This document shows positions 48,101-57,333 of a DNA stretch of 64,000 bases, piece by piece. The translations under genes were made by a program, and so were the position numbers. Location of the stretch: the NCBI RefSeq assembly GCF_004765795.1, contig NZ_SBIV01000001.1, positions 372,001 through 436,000 on the forward strand. The letters run 5' to 3'. The DNA is from Halorussus marinus (GTDB taxonomy: Archaea; Halobacteriota; Halobacteria; Halobacteriales; Haladaptataceae). Each line of letters begins with the position of its first letter. Positions within the stretch are counted from its first letter, which is position 1. The notes beneath the pieces are model-generated. The model was given only the letters and a program-made list of their open reading frames with translations. It did not search any database and was not told the DNA's origin.

Positions 48101-48693
48101 TGCCACGCCCGGACCTCGCCGGTCCGATCGAGGTCGTCGTAGAGGGCCGCCCGCTCGTCGAACGCGGGGTCGATCGTGATCCGGGTGTCGGCGGCGTCGA
48201 TGCCTCGGAAGATCCCGCCGTCGGTGCGGTCGCCGTACCACGTCCAGTCGATCCGGTCCCGGGAGATCCGGTCGTCCCGGTCGTCGTAGTTGTCGTCGAC
48301 GAGCGCCCACTCGCCGTCGCCGGGCAGTCCCGAGAACCGGAACGTCGCGGCGCTCCCGCCGCCGCTCGCGCCGCGCTCGTTGTGGACGATCACGAGGCTC
48401 ACGCCCTCGGGCCCGTCGTAGAGGAACAACCGGCTGGTGTCCTCTCGGGGGAGGGTCGACGGCATGTAGGTGCTGTACGTGTACTCCTCGTCGTCGATCG
48501 GACTGCGGTAATCGTAGAAGTCGACGACATCCTCGCCGCCCTCCAGCGGCGACACCTCGAAACACCGGTCGCCCTGCTCGACGACGAACGCGTTCTCGGC
48601 GGCGCTCGCGGTGTCGACCGCGTGGGGCGCCACCGGCGCGACGACGAGGAGCGCGACGACCACGACCGCGGCGTAAGAGCGTATCTGAGTCAT
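45142..48693 (-). CDS. Large surface protein: signal peptide, unassigned N-terminal domain, about 6 PKD repeats, Gly-rich linker, PGF-pre-PGF-like and CARDB-like domains, C-terminal TM anchor
   Basis: Repeated YRW(D/A/T)xxDG...H.YD.PG.Y.A.VTV.D PKD pattern; C-terminal TM followed by RRGR. Confidence 0.85.
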   Translation of the reverse strand: MTQIRSYAAVVVVALLVVAPVAPHAVDTASAAENAFVVEQGDRCFEVSPLEGGEDVVDFYDYRSPIDDEEYTYSTYMPSTLPREDTSRLFLYDGPEGVSLVIVHNERGASGGGSAATFRFSGLPGDGEWALVDDNYDDRDDRISRDRIDWTWYGDRTDGGIFRGIDAADTRITIDPAFDERAALYDDLDRTGEVRAWQFLSGSVDDPATTDLRMSRPITIRAGSCTDSSAPDAALVAGDGVAGVPVSLDASGASDDRGVAEYRWDVDGDGEVERTTSTPSIDHVYDDPGEYRARVTVADAAGNTDAAAANVTVEADAPPEAAVTVATDAPTEGFRTVLDATATVDDVGVASYRWDLDGDGEIERTTDGPRTGYVYNESGTYEASVTAVDRGGSEDTATVSVSVGADEPPAPTIEVAAPADPVRGEQFVFDAGNTTDDTGIDTYRWAFGDNATATGETVTHRFDAAGSYEVALEATDEGGNAATATVDVEVLAPDETPPTAAASVDPSTVEAGASVTLDAADATDDRRIASYRWAFGDGSTGSGETASHIYDEPGTYTATVTVTDAAGNAATANATVEVVRARPPNVSATVPDAVGVDATLDVEGSAADRSRIAGYRWAFGDGATARGPTANHSYDDPGNYTVTLTATDRAGNANRTAARVRVLGPDRTTPTAALSVEDEQASVGDDVTFDATNSSDDRGVAEYRWTFGDGETRTTDAARVDHAYGEPGSYNATVTVVDGAGNDDTAAAVGVRVTEEQAIGDSGGGGSGGGGGSGGDSGGSADGSGGGGGGGGSAGGGGSVSVLTETEARGPNATAVDVRNARGDETVTADLPATDAADQTALRFRAVEIDLATDDPHFVVETARGADGGAELPADEAFGSLAVGAKYLDAASVERVVYVATVARDRLDAAGVGPDDLAAYQRRDGEWSALDATVTDRGERVRVRATADAIGALAVGADRPYAVTGATLAAESVAASDSIAVNATVRNDRADSRTFAVDLTADGEPVATETVEVPGGETAAVAFERSLAPGIHEVAVAGEPVGTVSVADPVADIAVADLSANASRIDAGDRVAITASVENRGAKDGQRELALGLFGEAVATETVAVPAGERRSVTFVREIGAAGDYTASAGGETVEIAVVETAPDATDSSAPDASILGLGASGALIALVGALLVAARRGRAGDR

Positions 48694-48904
48694 TGTGGGG
48701 GCCAGCGCCGCACAGAGCCGGGCGGTCGACCCGTCCGCGCGGTCGAGTCGCGGCTCTGGGCGCCGAGTCACCCCGGCTTTGCGGCGAGTCGGTCTTTGTT
48801 ATACGTCGGCTGTCCGAACCTAGGCCGAGTCGGCGTCGCGGCGTCCTCGAAGCCTAACCGCCGACAGCGCCGGCTTAAAAAGAACCGCGAATGCGATCGC
48901 GCCG

Positions 48905-51900
48905 TCAGGACCGCCGACGGGCGATGAGCGCGGCCGCGAGCACCGCGACCAGCGCCGCGCCGACGCCGAAGCCGGGCACGCCGCCGTCGGTGGTGCTCTC
49001 GGCCGTCGTCTCGGTCGACTCGGACGTCGCGGGACCCGCCTCGGTCGTCGCCTCGGCGGTCTCGATGCCCTCGACGACGATCTCGGCGCGCTCGTCGTCG
49101 ACGCTCACCTGATAGACGCCGGGGTCGTCGAACTGCCGAGCGAACTCGACCTCGCGGGTCGAGTCGGCCGGGACGGTGACCGACTCGGTCGCCACCACCT
49201 CGCCGTCGACGGTGAGTTCGACCTCGTGGGTGCCCTCCGCGAGGCCGTCGTTGGCAACCGTCGCGGTGACGGTCGCCCGGTCGCCGGGCGCGACGCGGTC
49301 GCCCGGCACCGACAGGCCGGCGATCGCGGTCGCGGGCCGTTCGACGCCGACCGCGTAGGCGCCGTCGGTGGCGTTCGCGCCGAACCGCTGGGCGTCGTCG
49401 GTCTCGTTCAGGCGCTCGACGTCGACCGGGGTCCACGAGTCGTTCTCGTATCGGAACAGCGAGACGTGCTCGGGGGCGGCGTCGGCCGCCGCCAGCCGGT
49501 CGTTCGAGACGGTGAACGTCGCGTTCGCGCCGTCGGCGTCCGCGACGGTGACGTACGACAGGGCCTCGAAGCCGTCGGCCGCGGCGGTCGGCGCCCGCAC
49601 GTCCGCGGGCGCGGTCTCGTTGACCGTCAGGCTCGCGCCGCTCGACTCGACGACGACTTCGCCGGCGTCGTCGCCGAGCGAGGCGATCGTGCGGTCGTTG
49701 CGCTCGTTCGAATCGTCGTTCGAGCTCGATCCGCGGTTCGGGCTGGCGGTTCCGATCCCGCCGCCGGTGGCCCCGTCGTCGGGATCGTCGACGACGGGCT
49801 CTTTGTCGCCGTCGTCACCGTCGTTCGCGTCGCCGGAATCGCTCCCACCGTCGGCCTCCTCGACGGTGATCGTCCGCTCGATCATGTTCTTGTTGCCGGC
49901 TTTGTCCACGATGTGGAGCTTCACCGTCTTGTCGCCGGGCGAGTCGAAGACGTGGGTCGCGGTCTCGCCCTCGGGCTTGTCGTGGTTGTGCTCGTCGCCG
50001 TCGACGACGACCCAACAGATGTGTGAGACCCCGGACTCGACGCCGGTGAGGTCGGTCGCCTTCAGGTGGACTTTCTGGCCGACCTCGGCGGTCTCAGGAA
50101 CGTGGAGCGTCGCGCCGGGTTTCGTGTGGTCGTTCCGCTCGATGGTGATCTGGGCGCCGGCGATGTCTTTGTCGCCGTTCGCGTCCACGACGGTCACCGA
50201 GGCGGTGTAGGTCCCGGGCTCGTCGTAGATCTTGTGGACTCGGTGGTAGACGGTGCTGTTGTCTTTCGTGTTGGTCCGGCGGTCGATCTCGTCGTCGCCG
50301 TCGAAGTTCCACCGGTACTCCTCGATGTCGGCGTCGCTTTTCGAGTCGCTCGCGTCGAAGCCGACCTTCTCACCGAAGTCTGCGGTGTCGGTCGAGAGGG
50401 TGAGCTTCGCGGTCGGACCGTCGTCGTCTTTCGGATCGTCGTCTTTGGGCGGCGCCGAGTCGGGTTTCTCGACCGTGAGCAGGTGGGTCGCGGTGTCGGT
50501 GTTGCCCGCGGCGTCGTTCACCGTGAGCGAGACCTCGTACTCGCCGGGCTCGTCGTAGGTGCGAGTCACCGTCTCGCCCATCGCGGTCGTCCCGTCGCCA
50601 AACTGCCAGTGGTAGCCCACGACGCCGGCGTCGTCGGTCGATCCGGAGCCATCGAGGCTGATCGTCTCGCCGACGGTGGCCGTCTCGGGCGCGTCGATGT
50701 GCGCGCTCGGTGGTTCGGCGTCGGCCTCGATCTGGGCGGCCGTCGGGCTCGTCGCGGTGGCCGCGCCGAGGTCGAAGTTCCCGAAGTCGGTCTGCCAGAC
50801 GAGGTTCGAGTCGTCGGTCTCGGGCGTCCACGTCACCGTGAAGGTGTTGCGCCCGGGCTCGAAGACCGACGGCGGTTCCGCGTCGACGTTGCCGGCTCCG
50901 AACTCGTTGACCGCGGGCGACATCTCGGCGTCGTTCGGGTTCTCGTAGCCGAACGTCACCTCGTAGGTGCCGTCGCCGACCCGGGTCGCGCTCTCGACGA
51001 AGGTGCTCGGACGCTCGGGGCGGACCGCCGCGAGTTGGGACTCGTAGTCGGGGTTCTGTCTGGTCGCGACGGCGTCGCCGGTCCGATCGCCGTCGTAGAC
51101 GGAGACCTCACGGATCACGGGCCCCCACTGACCGCTGTCGGGGGCTTCGAGCACGGTAGTACCGCTGACCGGGCCGAGGTCGAGGTCGTCGGCTCCGGCC
51201 CCGTCGGTGGCGTAGAACGGCGCGTGGACGTACACCGTCTCGAAGTCGCCGTTGATCCGGACCGCGCTCTCGTTGAGGTACTCGATGGGGTCACGCTCCT
51301 CGACGGTGACGGTCTCGCTCGCGGTGGCGGTGTCGCCCTCGCCGTCGGTCACCGTGAGCGAGACCTCGTACTCGCCGTAGCCGTCGTAGCTGTGCGTGGC
51401 GGTTTCGCCGGTGGCGCTCGACCCGTCGCCGAAGTCCCACTCGTAGCTGGTGACGTCGCCGGACGAATCGCCGGCGTCGAACGTGATCGCCTCGTCGTTT
51501 CCGGCGGGGTTCGGATCGGCGGAGAAGGCGGCTACGAGGCCGGTCCCGTCCCCGCTATCGGACGCTGTGACCTCGATCTCCGTCGTCGTAGTGGCGGTGT
51601 TGTCGCCCCCGTCGACGACCGTCACCGCCGCGGTGTAGGTCCCGGGGGTGTCGTACGTCCGGGAGACCGTCGGTTCGGAGGTCGTCCGGTCGATCTCGCC
51701 GTCGTTTTCGAAGTCCCAGCGGTACTCGGCGACGTCGCTACCGGTGCCCGAGGAGCCGCTGGCGTCGAGCGTGACCGCCTGATCGTTCGCGACGGGGTTC
51801 GGCGTGGCCGTCAGCGAGGCCTCGGGGTCGGTGGTGTCGGGGCAACTCCCCTTCTTGATCGTCACCGTCTCGCCTTTCGTCAGCGAGTAGCTGTTTCCGT

Positions 51901-52537
51901 CGCCGGATTCGACCTCCCAGTCGGTGATGTCGTCAGTTGCGGGACCCCACTGATCGCTACGCTCTTGGTACGCCCACGAATTCTCGCCGAAAGCCGAGTC
52001 GATGGTGATGGCGTCGAACTCCCCGCTCAGACCGCGCACGGCCGCACCGTCGGTGCGGTCGTCGGCCCACATCCAGTCGATGGTCGACTTCGTGCCGTCG
52101 TGGTCGAAGTTGTCGTCGGGGTTCTCGTAGCTGTCGTCCTCGACGGTCCACTCGCGGTTCTCGGGGAGCCCCTCGATGTCGAACGTTACCGCACCGCCCT
52201 CAGAGCCGTTGAGAGCGTCGTGGAGCATCACGAGGCTGAGCCCCTCCGAGCCACGGTAGACGAAAAGGTGGCTGACCTGATTCTCCTGGATCGCCTGTGA
52301 CTCCTCGCCGTAGGAGCCGTAGAGGGTTCCGGGTCCCGAGCGGTAGTCGTAGAACTCTTCGATCGTCTGCTCACCGGAACCGATCGGCGACACCTCGTAA
52401 CACTCCTCGCCCTGCGAGACGTGGAACGTGGTCGCCGCGCCCGACGGCGCGGCGCCACCGACGCCGGCCACCGAGAGCGACGAGACGACGAGCAGTCCGG
52501 CGAGCAGGACCGCCCGGGCCTGGGCTCGGCGGCTCAC
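48905..52537 (-). CDS. Large PKD-repeat surface protein with PGF-CTERM sorting signal
   Basis: GTG start with GGAGGTG SD; PKD repeats; C-terminal VPGFGVGAALVAVLAAALIARRRS. Confidence 0.88.
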   Translation of the reverse strand: MSRRAQARAVLLAGLLVVSSLSVAGVGGAAPSGAATTFHVSQGEECYEVSPIGSGEQTIEEFYDYRSGPGTLYGSYGEESQAIQENQVSHLFVYRGSEGLSLVMLHDALNGSEGGAVTFDIEGLPENREWTVEDDSYENPDDNFDHDGTKSTIDWMWADDRTDGAAVRGLSGEFDAITIDSAFGENSWAYQERSDQWGPATDDITDWEVESGDGNSYSLTKGETVTIKKGSCPDTTDPEASLTATPNPVANDQAVTLDASGSSGTGSDVAEYRWDFENDGEIDRTTSEPTVSRTYDTPGTYTAAVTVVDGGDNTATTTTEIEVTASDSGDGTGLVAAFSADPNPAGNDEAITFDAGDSSGDVTSYEWDFGDGSSATGETATHSYDGYGEYEVSLTVTDGEGDTATASETVTVEERDPIEYLNESAVRINGDFETVYVHAPFYATDGAGADDLDLGPVSGTTVLEAPDSGQWGPVIREVSVYDGDRTGDAVATRQNPDYESQLAAVRPERPSTFVESATRVGDGTYEVTFGYENPNDAEMSPAVNEFGAGNVDAEPPSVFEPGRNTFTVTWTPETDDSNLVWQTDFGNFDLGAATATSPTAAQIEADAEPPSAHIDAPETATVGETISLDGSGSTDDAGVVGYHWQFGDGTTAMGETVTRTYDEPGEYEVSLTVNDAAGNTDTATHLLTVEKPDSAPPKDDDPKDDDGPTAKLTLSTDTADFGEKVGFDASDSKSDADIEEYRWNFDGDDEIDRRTNTKDNSTVYHRVHKIYDEPGTYTASVTVVDANGDKDIAGAQITIERNDHTKPGATLHVPETAEVGQKVHLKATDLTGVESGVSHICWVVVDGDEHNHDKPEGETATHVFDSPGDKTVKLHIVDKAGNKNMIERTITVEEADGGSDSGDANDGDDGDKEPVVDDPDDGATGGGIGTASPNRGSSSNDDSNERNDRTIASLGDDAGEVVVESSGASLTVNETAPADVRAPTAAADGFEALSYVTVADADGANATFTVSNDRLAAADAAPEHVSLFRYENDSWTPVDVERLNETDDAQRFGANATDGAYAVGVERPATAIAGLSVPGDRVAPGDRATVTATVANDGLAEGTHEVELTVDGEVVATESVTVPADSTREVEFARQFDDPGVYQVSVDDERAEIVVEGIETAEATTEAGPATSESTETTAESTTDGGVPGFGVGAALVAVLAAALIARRRS

Positions 52538-52899
52538 GCCCGCCCACCTCCGGGACGTCTCTGGCGGGTCGGCGGTCCGGGTTCGGTCGGCTTATCGATG
52601 CTAGCGTGGGTGTACCGCCGCTTTCGAGGCCGTTCGAGGCGTCTGCGGCGGGGATGGCGTTCGGGCATTCTGAGTCGGGATTCGTCGGAAATTGCGCGTT
52701 TCGAGACGTTTCGTCGGTCTTAACCGTCGAATCGGTCGTCACGACATCGTTACCCGACAACTTCCGGCGTACCCGCCCTTTGTTATCCACCGGCTGTCGC
52801 CCGAACAGAACGCGCCTGACCGTTCACAAACCGTCGGCTATACGGCCGTAGGCCGTGCCTGTCGAGCGTTCAGAAATCCGACCGAGAACTCGGCGTCGC

Positions 52900-53805
52900 C
52901 TACGGACGGCTTCGCGCGGTGACGTAGATGCCAGCGAGCACGACCGCGCCGCCGGCGACGGTGAACGCGTCGGGGACCTCCCCGAGCAGGACGAGCGCGA
53001 GCAGGGTCGACCCCACCGGTTCGCCGAGCAGGGTGACGCTGACCACGCTCGACTCGACGTACTTCAGCGCCCAGTTGATGACCGTGTGACCGAAGATCCC
53101 CGGCCCGATCGCCATCCCGAGAAAGAGGAGCCACTCGGTGGGCTCGTAGGCGGTCAGCGCCACGGTCGCGCCCTGACCGACCGCGACCGCCAACAGCGCG
53201 AGCGCACAGACGGCGTACACCACCGTGACGTACGGGACGAGCGCGACTCGTTGGCGGAGCGACCGCCCCGCGAGGACGTAGCCGGCCGCCATCACGGCGC
53301 CGACCAGCGCCAGCCCGTTGCCGAACAATGGTCGGGCGCCGGCGAGCGCCGCCCCCGACAACAGCCCCCCGAGCGACATCACCGCGACCCCGGCGACCGC
53401 GATCAGGATTCCGGCCGCCATCCGGCGGGTGACGGTCTCCTCGAGCAGGAGGGCCGCGCCGACCGCGACGAACAGCGGCTGGGACTGGACCAGCGTGACG
53501 CTCGCCGCGACGGTCGTCCACTCCAGACTCTCGAACCACGTCGCAAAGTGAGCCGCGAGCGCGACCCCGGTGACGATCGCGATCGCCGCGTCCCGCCCCG
53601 AGAGCCGCCGGAGGTCCTCCCGGTAGCGCGTGACCGCCACCGGCGCGAGCATGAGCGTGGTAAACACCACGCGGTAGAGCGCCTTGACGATGCTCGGGGC
53701 CTCGCTGTATCGGATCAGGATGGCGCTGGTGCTGACCGCGACGATCGCGACCGCGAGCCCCGCCATCGGTGGGGTCCGCGCTTCGAGCCGCGAGAGCGTG
53801 CTCAT
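52900..53805 (-). CDS. DMT/EamA-family transporter
   Basis: About 10 TMs in a two-repeat EamA pattern (HFATWFESL, GHTVINWAL, GEPV). Confidence 0.9.
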   Translation of the reverse strand: MSTLSRLEARTPPMAGLAVAIVAVSTSAILIRYSEAPSIVKALYRVVFTTLMLAPVAVTRYREDLRRLSGRDAAIAIVTGVALAAHFATWFESLEWTTVAASVTLVQSQPLFVAVGAALLLEETVTRRMAAGILIAVAGVAVMSLGGLLSGAALAGARPLFGNGLALVGAVMAAGYVLAGRSLRQRVALVPYVTVVYAVCALALLAVAVGQGATVALTAYEPTEWLLFLGMAIGPGIFGHTVINWALKYVESSVVSVTLLGEPVGSTLLALVLLGEVPDAFTVAGGAVVLAGIYVTARSRP

Positions 53806-53863
53806 CGTTGACGGTGTCGGACGGCGGCGGTTTAGTCGAACCGGTTTCGGACGGCTCGCCTGC

Positions 53864-54844
53864 TCAGACGTACCCCGACCGCCTGAAGTACGCCACCAGC
53901 ACCACCGTCACGCCGAGCATCCCGACCATCACGGCGGGATAGCCGTACGTCCAGCCGAGCTCGGGCATGTTGTACGGGCTCCCCTCGAAGTTCATCCCGT
54001 AGACTCCGACGACGAACGTCAGCGGGAGGACCACGGTCGCGACGACGGTCAGTCGCTTCATCACCTCGTTGGTCGACAGCGACAGCGAGTTGAGGTAGAT
54101 GTCGCGCGCGCCGCTCGCGAGGTCCCGATAGGTCTCGGTCAGATCGACCAACTGGACGAGGTGGTCGTACACGTCCCGGAAGTACTTCTCGGTCGACTCC
54201 TGAATCTGGTCGGGGTCGCCGCGGGCGAGCGAGCCGGCGGCCTCGCGAGTCGGCCACAGCAGTTTCCGAAACGAGAGCAGTTCCCGGCGGACGTTGTTGA
54301 TGACCTCCAGCGTGTCGATGTCGGCCGCCGTGGTCACGTCGTCCTCGACGGCCTCGATCTGGTCTTCGATCTGGTCGAGCACCTCGAAGTAGTCGTCGAC
54401 GACCGCGTCGACGATCCGATAGACCGCGAAGTCCGCGCCCTGTCGGAGGAGCCGGCCCTCCTCGGACTCGACCATCCCCCAGACGCGCTCGACCGCCGAG
54501 AGGTCGTGGGTCGATAGGGACACGATCCAGTCGTCGCCCACGAACAGCCCGACGTTTCGGGTTCGGATCTCCTCGTCGAACGTCGTCTCGCCCCGGCGCA
54601 GTGAGGCGGTCTTCAGCAGGACGAAGGTGTGGTCGTCGAACTCCTCGGTCTTCGGGCGCACGTCGTTTCGCACGTCCTCGACCGACAGCGGGTGAATACC
54701 GAACGTCTCGGCCACCCGGTCCAGTTCGGCCGGCGTGCCGTCCGACACCCGAACCCACGTCGTCCCATCGGCGCCTCGGGCCTCGGCCAGATCGGTGTAG
54801 TCGGTCGTCCCGTCGGCGGAGTACACCACCGAGCGGACGGTCAC
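53864..54844 (-). CDS. corA: Mg2+/Co2+ transporter CorA
   Basis: RPKTEE, YFRDVYDH, NEVMKRLT, YGMNF and MPEL signatures. Confidence 0.95.
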   Translation of the reverse strand: MTVRSVVYSADGTTDYTDLAEARGADGTTWVRVSDGTPAELDRVAETFGIHPLSVEDVRNDVRPKTEEFDDHTFVLLKTASLRRGETTFDEEIRTRNVGLFVGDDWIVSLSTHDLSAVERVWGMVESEEGRLLRQGADFAVYRIVDAVVDDYFEVLDQIEDQIEAVEDDVTTAADIDTLEVINNVRRELLSFRKLLWPTREAAGSLARGDPDQIQESTEKYFRDVYDHLVQLVDLTETYRDLASGARDIYLNSLSLSTNEVMKRLTVVATVVLPLTFVVGVYGMNFEGSPYNMPELGWTYGYPAVMVGMLGVTVVLVAYFRRSGYV

Positions 54845-55017
54845 GAGTCGGCCCCCGCGGCGCCGGTCGTGTCGGCACCGATCGCGAGCAGTGTGATGCC
54901 GACCATCACGCCCGACACCGAGAACGCCCGGCCGGGATAGGCGGCAACGAGCCCCGCGAGATAGCCGACGAGGCCGAGCAGTGTGAGCCCGGCTCCGGCG
55001 GCGAACGCACCGTTCAT
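54841..55017 (-). CDS. 58-aa two-TM small protein (MNGAFAAGAGLTLLGLVGYLAGLVAAYPGRAFSVSGVMVGITLLAIGADTTGAAGADS), absent from the ORF track
   Basis: ATG at 55017; TGA overlaps the corA GTG start (GTGA); two hydrophobic helices around a YPGRAFS loop. Confidence 0.75.
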   Translation of the reverse strand: MNGAFAAGAGLTLLGLVGYLAGLVAAYPGRAFSVSGVMVGITLLAIGADTTGAAGADS

Positions 55018-55055
55018 ACTCGCGGCTCGCGCGCGAACGAGAAAAGGGTTTGGCG

Positions 55056-55694
55056 CTACGCCTCGTGTTCGACGCCGCGGATCAGTTCGTTGATCGCGGC
55101 CTGCTGGTCGGGGAGCTGTTTGGGATACACTGCGATCGCCCCCACGAAGTCGTCGCCGTGTTCGACCTTCGTGACGTGGAGGTAGGCGTCGAACTCGAGT
55201 CCGGTACTGGTGGTCACGGTCGCCTCGAACTTCGTGACGTTCGCGTCGCTACCGAGCATCGTGATCGTCCGACTGCCGACCCTGCGGACGTCGCCGACGC
55301 TCGCGAGCTGGGCGGTGAACTGCTCGGCGAGCTCGCGGTTGTCGTAGTCGTCGAGCGGGTTGAACGACTGGCCCACCACCTCGACCGTCGGGCTCGCGAA
55401 GGTCGCGAACACCGCGACGCGCTGTTCGGCCAGCCCCTCGATGCCGACGCTCTGGTGGTACTCGGAGATCCAGTTTGTCACCTCCACGTCCTTGCTCTGG
55501 CCCGCCGCCGAGAAGGTGCGGTTGACCACCATCTCCTCGGTGCGGTTGTGTTCGTATCCGGTCGATTCGAGCGCGGCCTCGCTCACCGTCGCCTCCGTGG
55601 CGGCGAACGTGACCGGTCCAGAGAGAACGCCGACGCACCCGCTGGTGACGACCAGCAGGGCGAGTAGCGTGCCAGTAGCTACGGGTTTCCTCAT
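55056..55694 (-). CDS. Lipoprotein (DUF6517-like)
   Basis: TSGC lipobox; SPTVEVVGQSFNPL. Confidence 0.75.
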   Translation of the reverse strand: MRKPVATGTLLALLVVTSGCVGVLSGPVTFAATEATVSEAALESTGYEHNRTEEMVVNRTFSAAGQSKDVEVTNWISEYHQSVGIEGLAEQRVAVFATFASPTVEVVGQSFNPLDDYDNRELAEQFTAQLASVGDVRRVGSRTITMLGSDANVTKFEATVTTSTGLEFDAYLHVTKVEHGDDFVGAIAVYPKQLPDQQAAINELIRGVEHEA

Positions 55695-55810
55695 GCTACT
55701 CGCCCGGTAATCAGAGGGCCCTTATCAATCTCGTGGCCGGCGACGGCCACCGAGGCCGACCGAAAGGATCGACGAGGGACCGCCGGTCTCGCCGCTCGGG
55801 AGCCGACGGG

Positions 55811-57259
55811 CTACTCGATCCGGAACGTGGCGCCGTCGTCGGTGTCCTGAACCTCGACGCCGAGCGCCGCGAGCTCGTCGCGCAGGTCGTCGGCTCGCTC
55901 GTAGTTGCCCGACTCGCGCTCGCGCTCGCGGACGTCGAGCACGAGCTCGACCAGCTCGTCGAGCAGTCGGACGTCGCCCTCGGCGTCGTCGGCGAGCGCG
56001 AACCCGAGCACCTCACCGCCCAGTTCCTCGAACGCCTCGACGGCGTCCCGGAGCGCCCGGTAGTCGTAGGTCTCGCGGTCGTCGACGTGCCTGTTGACCG
56101 CCGAGACGAGTTCGAGTAGCGCCGCGATGGCCTCGCGAGTGTTGAAGTCGTCGTTCATCGCACCGGCGAACGACTCGCGGGCGTCGGCGACCGCCGCCCG
56201 GAGGTCGCCGTCCTCGACTTTCGTCCGGGCGTCGACGCCGTCGACCGCCTCGACCGCCCGGTCGTAGCCCCGTTCGAGGCGCTCCCAGCGCTCGACCGCC
56301 TCGCTCAGGGTCTCCTCGCTGTAGGTCTGGCGACTGTTGTACGCCGTCGACAGCAGGAACATCCGGACCGCGTTCGACCCGAACTCCGAGACCGCGTTCC
56401 GGACCGTGAAGTAGTTCTCCAGCGACGAGGACATCTTCTCGCCGCCGGTCTCAAGCAGGCTGACGTGGAGCCAGTACTTCGCGAACTGCTCGCCGGTCGC
56501 GGCCTCGCTCTGGGCGATCTCGTTCTCGTGATGGGGGAACACGAGGTCCTGCCCGCCGACGTGGACGTCGAGCGTCTCGCCGAGGTGAGTCATGCTCATC
56601 GCCGAGCATTCGATGTGCCAGCCGGGCCGGCCCTCGCCCCACGGGGAGTCCCACGTCTGGCCGCCCGGCCCCGCGTTGTCCGGGTGGGCCTCGCCGGCCT
56701 TCCAGAGCGCGAAGTCCGCGGGGTTTCGTTTCTCGGCGCGCTCGCTCTCTTCGCCCTGGGCTTCCATCTCCTCGACCCGCTGGTTCGAGAGCTTGCCGTA
56801 CTCCTCGAACTCGGTCACGTCGAAGTACACCGAGCCGTTCGACTCGTAGGCGTAGCCCTTCTCGATCAGCGTCTCGACGAGGTCGACGATCTCGGGGACG
56901 TGCTCGCTCACCCGCGGGTACACCTCCGCGCGCTTGAGGTTGAGCGAGCGCATGTCCTCGATGACCTCCCCGATGAACGTCCGGGCGACCTCGCTCTCGG
57001 TGTCGCCGAGGTCGTCTTCGCCCGTCCGCGCGACGATCTTCTCGTTCACGTCGGTGAAGTTCTCGACGTGGCGCACGTCGTATCCGACGTGTTCGAGCCA
57101 CCGGTGCATCACGTCGACGTGGACCCACGACCGGGCGTGGCCGAGGTGGGCGAAATCCGAGACCGTCAGCCCGCAGTAGTAGAGCAACACCGAGTCCGGG
57201 TCCTGGGGCTCGAACGGTTCCCGGTCGCCCGAGAGCGTGTTCGTCACTTGGAGCGTCAT
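55811..57259 (-). CDS. cysS: Cysteine--tRNA ligase
   Basis: YYCGLTV..HLGH (HIGH-like), DFALWK, GRPGWHIECS, FPHHENE and KMSSS. Confidence 0.97.
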   Translation of the reverse strand: MTLQVTNTLSGDREPFEPQDPDSVLLYYCGLTVSDFAHLGHARSWVHVDVMHRWLEHVGYDVRHVENFTDVNEKIVARTGEDDLGDTESEVARTFIGEVIEDMRSLNLKRAEVYPRVSEHVPEIVDLVETLIEKGYAYESNGSVYFDVTEFEEYGKLSNQRVEEMEAQGEESERAEKRNPADFALWKAGEAHPDNAGPGGQTWDSPWGEGRPGWHIECSAMSMTHLGETLDVHVGGQDLVFPHHENEIAQSEAATGEQFAKYWLHVSLLETGGEKMSSSLENYFTVRNAVSEFGSNAVRMFLLSTAYNSRQTYSEETLSEAVERWERLERGYDRAVEAVDGVDARTKVEDGDLRAAVADARESFAGAMNDDFNTREAIAALLELVSAVNRHVDDRETYDYRALRDAVEAFEELGGEVLGFALADDAEGDVRLLDELVELVLDVRERERESGNYERADDLRDELAALGVEVQDTDDGATFRIE

Positions 57260-57333
57260 TGGCGACTAGTAGCCCCACGGCCCGTTTGAAACATTCGAAA
57301 GGGACAGTACGCGCCGACGGGCCCGTCGGGGCG

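Noticed and set aside
44272..48927. Very long plus-strand ORF (1551 aa) and similar long ORFs (4574-7108, 29672-32209, 33940-36411, 39802-42054, 50066-52300)
   Set aside because: Arg/Gly/Pro-rich shadow frames overlapping clear genes, as expected in high-GC DNA with few stop codons
52534..52790. Short ORFs upstream of the PGF-CTERM protein
   Set aside because: Competing frames, atypical composition and no clear promoter spacing
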